This document shows positions 57,766 through 64,000 of a stretch of DNA of 64,000 nt, in pieces. The notes beneath the pieces were generated by a model, which was not told the DNA's origin, did no database searches, and saw nothing but the letters and a program-made list of their open reading frames with translations. The DNA lies in NCBI GenBank assembly GCA_963767925.1, contig CAVYGB010000006.1:32001-96000 (forward strand), in the 5' to 3' direction. This DNA comes from an uncultured delta proteobacterium (GTDB lineage Bacteria; Myxococcota_A; Polyangia; Fen-1088). The translations under genes and the position numbers were made by a program. Within the stretch, counting starts at the first letter, position 1. The number at the start of each line of letters is the position of its first letter.

Positions 57766-59427
57766 ATGATGACCACTCGAAGCTCGCGAAAAATCCGCCT
57801 GGGCGCGCTGGCCGCCCTGCTGCTGGGCAGCTCCTGCATGGGCATGGTGGAGGGCGATACCGCCGAGGAGGCCCCCGCCTTCAGCCCCGGTCGGGTGACA
57901 ACCCGCCGGCTCAACGCCACCGAATACGACAACACCCTGCGCGACCTGCTGGGGGTCGACCTGCGGCTGTCGCGCACCTTCGAGTTCCTGCCCGACGAGT
58001 TCGGCGACGGCTTCGACAACGACGGCGACGTGCTCAGCGTGGCCCCCATCGGGATCGAGAAATACCTGGCCGCCGCCCAGAGCGCGGTCGAGAAGGCCCT
58101 CGACAAGGCGCCGGCCAACGCCGCCGTCCGGGCCCGCATCCTGGTGTGCGCGCCGCCGGCCACCCCCGAGGCCGACTGCGCCGGCCAGGTCGTGGCGGGG
58201 TTTGCCCGGCGCGCGTTCCGCCGGGCGGTCACCGCCGAGGAGCTGGCCCCCTACCTGGGCCTCGTCGATCTGGCGCGCCGGAACGGCGACGGGTTCGAGG
58301 TGGGGGTGGCGGTGGCGCTGGCCGCGGTGCTCGTCTCGCCCGACTTCCTCTTCCGCCCCGAGATCGACGCCCGCCCGGGCGCCACCCGCCGGCTCGGCGG
58401 GTTCGAGCTGGCCTCGCGCCTGTCGTATTTCCTCTGGGCCAGCATGCCCGACGAGGAGCTGCTGGCCCGGGCCGAGGCCGGGAACCTGCGCGACCCCGCC
58501 GAGATCGGCCGCCAGGTCCGGCGCATGCTCGCCGACGGCAAGGCCCGCGCCTTCACCGACGCCCTGGTCGGCCAGTGGATGCACACCATCGGCCTGGGGT
58601 TCGCCCGCCCCGATCCGCGCAGCTACCCGCGCTGGCAAGACGGGCTGAGCGCCGCCATGGCCGAGGAGGTCCGCGCCTTCCTGGCCCCCATCGTCGCCGG
58701 CCAGGCCCCCGCCCTGGATCTGCTGACCGCCCGCTACACCTACGCCAACCGGGCGCTGGCCCGGTATTACGGCCTGCCGGGCGCCGAGCGGCTGCCCACC
58801 GACCGCTTCGAGAAGGTCGCCCTGCCCGACGACACCCGGGGCGGCGTGCTCCGCCAGGGGAGCTTCCTCGTCTCGACCTCCCACCCCGACACCCACTCGC
58901 CGACCCGGCGGGGCAAGTGGATCCTCGAGCGGCTGCTCTGCCGCAAGCCACCGCCGCCGCCCCCCAGCGTCCCCGGCTTCATGCCGGCCCAGGTCGAGGG
59001 CGGGACCCTGCGCCAGAAGCTCGAGCGGGTACACCACGGGATGGGCAGCGCCTGCGCCGCCTGCCACGCCTTCATCGATCCGATGGGCTTCGCCCTCGAG
59101 AACTACGACGGCGCCGGCCTCTGGCGCGACAAGGACGGCGGCCTGCCGGTCGACGCCAGCGGGGCGATGCCCGACACCGGCGTCCCCTTCGACGGCGCCG
59201 GTGAGCTGAGCGCCGCCATCGCCGCCGACCCCCGCTTTCCCGCCTGCGTGGCCAAGCAGGTGCTGACCTACGCCCTCGGGCGCCACCTCACCGAGGCGGA
59301 TCAGCCCGCGGTCTCGGCCCTGGGCCAGCGCTTCGCCGAGCGCGGCCACCTCATCCCCACCCTCGTCGAGCAGGTCGCGCTGAGCCCGCTGATGACCCAC
59401 CGGACCGCCGAGAAGGAGTCGCCATGA
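57766..59427 (+). CDS. DUF1592-family lipoprotein with CxxCH
   Basis: Lipobox GSSC, RRLNATEYDNTLRDLLG, SRLSYFLWASMPD, SPTRRGKWIL, CAACH. Confidence 0.88.
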   Translation: MMTTRSSRKIRLGALAALLLGSSCMGMVEGDTAEEAPAFSPGRVTTRRLNATEYDNTLRDLLGVDLRLSRTFEFLPDEFGDGFDNDGDVLSVAPIGIEKYLAAAQSAVEKALDKAPANAAVRARILVCAPPATPEADCAGQVVAGFARRAFRRAVTAEELAPYLGLVDLARRNGDGFEVGVAVALAAVLVSPDFLFRPEIDARPGATRRLGGFELASRLSYFLWASMPDEELLARAEAGNLRDPAEIGRQVRRMLADGKARAFTDALVGQWMHTIGLGFARPDPRSYPRWQDGLSAAMAEEVRAFLAPIVAGQAPALDLLTARYTYANRALARYYGLPGAERLPTDRFEKVALPDDTRGGVLRQGSFLVSTSHPDTHSPTRRGKWILERLLCRKPPPPPPSVPGFMPAQVEGGTLRQKLERVHHGMGSACAACHAFIDPMGFALENYDGAGLWRDKDGGLPVDASGAMPDTGVPFDGAGELSAAIAADPRFPACVAKQVLTYALGRHLTEADQPAVSALGQRFAERGHLIPTLVEQVALSPLMTHRTAEKESP

Positions 59428-60824
59428 AGACGCTGCGCCTGTCGCGCCGGGCTTGCCTTCGAGCGGCCGGCGCGTCGCTGGCACTCCCCGCGCTGGAGGT
59501 GATGTTCCCCTCGGTGGCCCGGGCCCAGGCCGCGCCCCTGCGGTTCCTGTGCGTGTTTTCCCCCAACGGCTTCCTGATGAACAAGTGGACGCCGGTGGGC
59601 ACCGGCACCAGCTGGGCCACGCCCCCCTTGCTGACCGCCCTCGAGCCCCACCGGCCGAGCCTCAACATCCTCTCCGGCCTCGGCAACTACACCGCAAGCA
59701 TCGCCTCCCGCTTCGGCGGCTCGCACACCCGCGCCACCGGCTCGCTGCTCACCCAGTACCCGATCGCCTTCAGCGCTGGCTCGGGCATCCGCAACGGCGT
59801 CTCGCTCGACCAGATCATCGCCGGCCACGTCGGCGCGCGCACCCGTTTCCCCTCGCTGCAGGTGGGCGCCCGGGCCGGCAGCCTCACCGGCGACTGCGAG
59901 GACGGCTATAGCTGCGCCTACCAGAACAACATCTCCTGGGCCGGGCCCACCACCCCCCTGCCCAAGCAGATCAACCCCCGCGACATCTTCAACCGCCTGT
60001 TCGGGGCCGAGGGCGGCGGGCCCCTGCGCCCGGAGCGCAAGCCGGTCTACAACAAGAGCATCCTCGACCTGGTCCGCACCCGGGCCGACGGCCTCCGCCA
60101 GCGCCTGGGCCGCACCGACCGGGGCAAGCTCGACGAATATTTCAACTCGGTCCGCGAGGTGGAGCAGCGGCTGGATCGGGCCGCTCTGGGCGGCGTCGAG
60201 GCGGTCTGCGCCGCGGGGGCGCCGCCCCGCGACGCCAGCGCCGGGGCCATCCCCTTCCCCGAGCACCTCGACCTGCTCTCGGACCTCATCGCCCTGGCCT
60301 TCCGCTGCGACCTGACCCGGGTGGCGACCTTCATGTTCGAGCACGCCTTCTCCGACGTGCGCAGCCTCTCCTTCTTGCCGGGGGTGACCGGGCGGCACCA
60401 CGCCATCACCCACAGCAACCAGCCGGCCCAGGAGGAGACGATCAACCGGTTCTACGTCGACCGCTTCGCCTACCTGCTCGGCAAGCTGGCCGCCATCCAG
60501 GAGGGCGACCGCACCGCCCTCGACAACGCCATCGTCTATTTCACCAGCGAGTTCGGCAACGGGCACGAGCACGACCACCGCCGGCTCGCCATGCTCGTCG
60601 CCGGCAAGGCGGGCGGCCGCTTCCGGACCGGCCTGCACATCGACTACCCACTGGACCCCGGCCCCGGCACCGGTCCCGACGGCGTGGGCAACCCGGGTGA
60701 CACGCAGCTCGCCCACCTGCACCTGACCACCTTGCACGCCTTCGGGATCGACCAGGCCACCTTCGGTCAGGACGACGCCGGCAACCCGGTGGCCACCCGC
60801 CCGCTGTCCGAGCTGCTGGTCTGA
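59424..60824 (+). CDS. DUF1552 domain protein
   Basis: SRRACLR signal, SLDQIIA, GYSCAY..NISW, SILDLV, CDLTRVATF; ATGA coupling. Confidence 0.88.
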   Translation: MKTLRLSRRACLRAAGASLALPALEVMFPSVARAQAAPLRFLCVFSPNGFLMNKWTPVGTGTSWATPPLLTALEPHRPSLNILSGLGNYTASIASRFGGSHTRATGSLLTQYPIAFSAGSGIRNGVSLDQIIAGHVGARTRFPSLQVGARAGSLTGDCEDGYSCAYQNNISWAGPTTPLPKQINPRDIFNRLFGAEGGGPLRPERKPVYNKSILDLVRTRADGLRQRLGRTDRGKLDEYFNSVREVEQRLDRAALGGVEAVCAAGAPPRDASAGAIPFPEHLDLLSDLIALAFRCDLTRVATFMFEHAFSDVRSLSFLPGVTGRHHAITHSNQPAQEETINRFYVDRFAYLLGKLAAIQEGDRTALDNAIVYFTSEFGNGHEHDHRRLAMLVAGKAGGRFRTGLHIDYPLDPGPGTGPDGVGNPGDTQLAHLHLTTLHAFGIDQATFGQDDAGNPVATRPLSELLV

Positions 60825-60861
60825 GCCGGTCTCGCCCCGTCGGATGGGTTAAAAGCAGAGG

Positions 60862-61902
60862 GTGCAAGGAACCAGCCCCACCGAGCCGCCGATCGGCGTC
60901 CTCCTCCTGAACCTCGGCACACCCGCTTCGCCCCGGACCTCCGACGTCCGCCGCTACCTGCGCGAGTTCCTGAGCGACCCCCGGGTGATCGACATAAACC
61001 CGGTCGCCCGCTGGCTGCTGCTCAACTTCGCCATCTTGCCGGTGCGCCCCGCCCGCTCGGGCAAGGCCTACAAGCTGGTCTGGACCGAGGAGGGCTCGCC
61101 CCTGCTGGTGCACAGCCAGCGCCTGACCGAGGGGGTGCGCCGCGCGCTCGGCCCCGAGTACGTGGTCGAGCTGGGGATGCGCTACGGCGCCCCCTCCATC
61201 CCCGCGGCGCTGCAGAAGCTGGCCGCCGCCCAGCCGAGCCGGCTGATCGTGCTGCCGCTGTTCCCCCAATATTCCTCGGCCGCCACCGGGTCGGCCGTCG
61301 AGCGCGTGTACCAGGTGCTGGGGTCGGAGTGGAACGTGACCCCCACGACAACGGTGGGGGCCTTCTACGACCATCCCGGCTTCATCTCCTCCTTCACCAC
61401 GGTGGCCAAGAAGCAGCTCGACGCCTTCCGCCCCGACTTCGTGCTTTTCAGCTACCACGGCCTGCCGGAACGGCACATGAACAAGAGCGACCTCAGCGGC
61501 AAACATTGCCTGCAGAGCCCCGACTGCTGCGACGCCGTCGGGCCGGCCAACCGCCACTGCTACCGGGCGCAGTGTTACGCGACGACCCGCGCCCTCGCCT
61601 TCACCCTCGGCCTGGGGGCCGACGGCCACTCCGTCTCCTTCCAGTCGCGCCTGGGCCGCACCCCCTGGATCAAACCCTACACCGACCTGGTCCTCCCCGA
61701 GCTGGCCCAGGCCGGGCGCAAGCGCCTTGCCGTCCTGTGCCCCGCCTTCGTGGCCGACTGCCTCGAGACCCTCGAGGAGATCGGTATCCGGGCCAGGGAG
61801 CAGTGGCGGGGCCTCGGGGGCGAGGACCTGCTGCTGGTCCCGTCGCTGAACGCAGAGCCCGGCTGGGTCGACACCGTCGCCCGCATGGTGCGCGCCCACT
61901 AG
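60862..61902 (+). CDS. hemH: Ferrochelatase
   Basis: LLNLGTP, YLREFLSDPRV, GMRYG, PLFPQYS, FSYHGLP, FQSRLG..WIKPYT, FVADCLETLEEI. Confidence 0.95.
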   Translation: MQGTSPTEPPIGVLLLNLGTPASPRTSDVRRYLREFLSDPRVIDINPVARWLLLNFAILPVRPARSGKAYKLVWTEEGSPLLVHSQRLTEGVRRALGPEYVVELGMRYGAPSIPAALQKLAAAQPSRLIVLPLFPQYSSAATGSAVERVYQVLGSEWNVTPTTTVGAFYDHPGFISSFTTVAKKQLDAFRPDFVLFSYHGLPERHMNKSDLSGKHCLQSPDCCDAVGPANRHCYRAQCYATTRALAFTLGLGADGHSVSFQSRLGRTPWIKPYTDLVLPELAQAGRKRLAVLCPAFVADCLETLEEIGIRAREQWRGLGGEDLLLVPSLNAEPGWVDTVARMVRAH

Positions 61903-62222
61903 TCCCCTGGAAAGGTGAAGCTGCATATGTCGGCGAGGCATCTTCGTTCCTGGCAAGGCGCGAGGAGGGCGAATACCGGGCGTATTTAACCGACGAGCAA
62001 CGCAGCCAGGGACGAAGAGGACCGCCGAGATATGCAAGAAATCACCGTTCCAGGGGACTGGTCCCCTGGAACGGTGAAGGCTTGCATATGTCGGCGAGGC
62101 ATCTTCGTTCCTGGCAAGGCGCGAGGAGGGCGAATACCGGGCGTATTTAACCGACGAGCAACGCAGCCAGGGACGAAGAGGACCGCCGAGATATGCAAGA
62201 AATCACCGTTCCAGGGGACTAG
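61899..62222. mobile_element. Two tandem ~160-bp palindromic MITE/REP-like units bounded by CTAG/CTGG/CTAG
   Basis: Terminal inverted repeats GTCCCCTGGAA.GGTGA / TCACCGTTCCAGGGGAC with nested internal stems; the two units are almost identical. Confidence 0.8.
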
Positions 62223-62465
62223 GGACTGTTTTCAAAAGTAGTCGGGTTCCCTCGCTTCGCTCGGGCCCGACCGGTGCACCAGAGCCGGCGGCAGGCGAGC
62301 ACCGTGACGGCGCCGGTCGGGTCTGCGGACCTCATGTCCGGTCGGCCATGATAACGTCCCGCTGGCGCGTGCAGCACACGGTCATCAGGGACGACCTTCC
62401 CGGGAGGACGAACGCCGCCCAGGCCGGTCGCGCCGCCCCCTGCCCCCTTTCGGGCTGAAGCAGCG

Positions 62466-63755
62466 ATGGCCGTGCGGCTGGGGGCCGAGCTTCGCCACGT
62501 CCTGTCGAACGTGCTGTTCAAGGCGGTGTCGCTGCCGCTGGAGAAGGTCTGTCGTTTCCTGCTCGTCATCGTGACGGCGCGCGTGCTGGGGCAGGTCTCC
62601 TTCGGCCGGTTCCAGTTCGCCGCCACCCTGACCATCTTGCTGGCCCTGGGGACCGATCTCGGCCTCGGCCTCTGGACGACGCGCGCGCTGGCCCGGGATC
62701 GGACCCGCGCCGCGGCCATCGTCGGGACCGGGCTGCGGGTGCGCACCCTGGCCGCCATTCCGTACCTGATCGTGATCGTCGGGGTGGCCCTGGCCCTGGG
62801 CCCCGGCGACACGCGGCTCTCGATCCTCCTGCTGGGGGTCTGCGCCCTCGTCGACGGCTACGTCGACCACTTCGGAGGGGTCCTCCGGGGCTACGAACGC
62901 TTCGATGACGAGACCCGCCTCACGGCCACCCGGGCGCTGCTGCTCGCCATCCTGGGGGTGGGGGCGGTCTGGCTGGGCCGCTCGCTTGTGTGGCTCGCGG
63001 TGGGCATGACCCTGGCGAGCCTCGCCAGCGGGGCCTACGGCCTGTGGATCATCGGCCGCCGCTACCGGCTCCCCACGCCCTTCGACGGCGGGGCCTTCGA
63101 CCGCGCGCTGGCCCGGGTGGCGATCCGCGAGGCGCTCCCCTTCTGGGCGGCGGGGCTGTTCTCGCTGCTCTACTTCAAGGGGGACACGGTGCTCCTGCGG
63201 GTTATGGCCGGCGAGGCAGAGCTGGGGGCCTACAGCGCGGCCTTCAAGATCTTCGAGGGGTCGTTGCTGGTGCCGGTCATCCTGATGACGGCGGTCTTCC
63301 CCACCCTGGCGCGCGCCCACGGCGACGCCGAACGGCAGCGCCGCTGGGAGACCGGGCTCGCCGCCATGTTGCTGGGGCTGGGGCTGCTGGCGGGGACGGG
63401 CTGTTATCTGGGCAGCGCGCGCATCGTCGGGCTGGCCTTCGGCCCGGCGTTCGGGCCGGCGGGCGACTCGCTGCGGGTGCTGGCGGTGGGGATCCCGTTC
63501 ATGTACGTGAACAACGGGCTGCTCCACTTTCTCATCGCCCGGGATCTGGGGAGTCGGAACCTGGTGTTCGGGGGGGCGATGCTGGTGGTCAATGTGGTGG
63601 CCAATGCGCTCCTGATCCCGAGGCTAGGGGGGCCGGGGGCGGGGTGGGCCACGGTGATCACCGAGGTGGCGCTGTGCGGGTGTTGTGTGGTGGCGCTGGT
63701 GGGGAGCCCCCGTGTCGTGAGGCCGCCGCCGGCGCCGGGGCCGGGGCCGGGGTAG
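62466..63755 (+). CDS. Wzx-type oligosaccharide flippase
   Basis: About 12 TMs; TARVLG..FG, TDLGL, LYFKGDTVLL, GAYSAA, LLIPRLG..GAGWATVITE. Confidence 0.85.
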   Translation: MAVRLGAELRHVLSNVLFKAVSLPLEKVCRFLLVIVTARVLGQVSFGRFQFAATLTILLALGTDLGLGLWTTRALARDRTRAAAIVGTGLRVRTLAAIPYLIVIVGVALALGPGDTRLSILLLGVCALVDGYVDHFGGVLRGYERFDDETRLTATRALLLAILGVGAVWLGRSLVWLAVGMTLASLASGAYGLWIIGRRYRLPTPFDGGAFDRALARVAIREALPFWAAGLFSLLYFKGDTVLLRVMAGEAELGAYSAAFKIFEGSLLVPVILMTAVFPTLARAHGDAERQRRWETGLAAMLLGLGLLAGTGCYLGSARIVGLAFGPAFGPAGDSLRVLAVGIPFMYVNNGLLHFLIARDLGSRNLVFGGAMLVVNVVANALLIPRLGGPGAGWATVITEVALCGCCVVALVGSPRVVRPPPAPGPGPG

Positions 63756-63844
63756 GGGGGGCGACGACGGGGCCGGGGACGCATACGGGGATGGGGACGC
63801 GTACCCGTGGCCGTCCCGTACCCGGGGTCGAATGGGGGATATCG

Positions 63845-64000
63845 TCAGGCGGCGCGGAGGCGTTCGAGGTGAGCGGGGTCGGCGCGGACGCGGAAGATGG
63901 TGCCGCGCTCGTCGTAGCGTTCTTCCAGGACCTGGCAGTGGGCGAAGATCTCGCCCCGCAGCTCCTGGCGGTCGTAGGGGACGTGGAGCTCTTCCTCGAC
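63845..64000 (-). CDS. C-terminus of a probable HflX-type GTPase (5' part outside the window)
   Basis: VEEELHVPYDRQELRGEIFAHCQVLEERYDERGTIFRVRA..* resembles the HflX C-terminal domain. Confidence 0.55.
   Translation of the reverse strand, partial: VEEELHVPYDRQELRGEIFAHCQVLEERYDERGTIFRVRADPAHLERLRAA

Noticed and set aside
61899..62222. tRNA, rRNA or CRISPR
   Set aside because: No cloverleaf, rRNA signature or repeat-spacer pattern; it has terminal inverted repeats like a MITE.

Overview
Very GC-rich, gene-dense bacterial window that looks like a Myxococcota/Polyangia-type genome: three DUF1592/DUF1552 pairs, TPR plus Cys-rich lipoproteins, several ECF sigma factors and HUH/Y1 (RAYT-like) transposases. 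About 50 CDSs can be called by eye. No rRNA, tRNA or CRISPR array was seen. The most striking locus is 45525-48350 on the minus strand. A B12-binding-type radical SAM gene lies just upstream of a 220-aa ORF made of a 14-aa leader plus ten 20-aa cationic repeats (KSGLVVRSGIKAGLAGMNHN). All nucleotide differences between repeats are synonymous in that frame, and the ORF has its own RBS, a sigma54-type promoter and an upstream 20-bp palindrome, making it a candidate multi-core peptide (RiPP-like) precursor. Other points: a signal-peptidase-I homolog lacking both catalytic residues, paired ECF42-type and SigG-type promoter motifs, several deletion scars, two RAYT-like genes with shared structured flanking DNA, a tandem hairpin MITE after hemH, and frameshifts that look like long-read sequencing errors. 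All family calls come from motif recognition only; no database searches were run.
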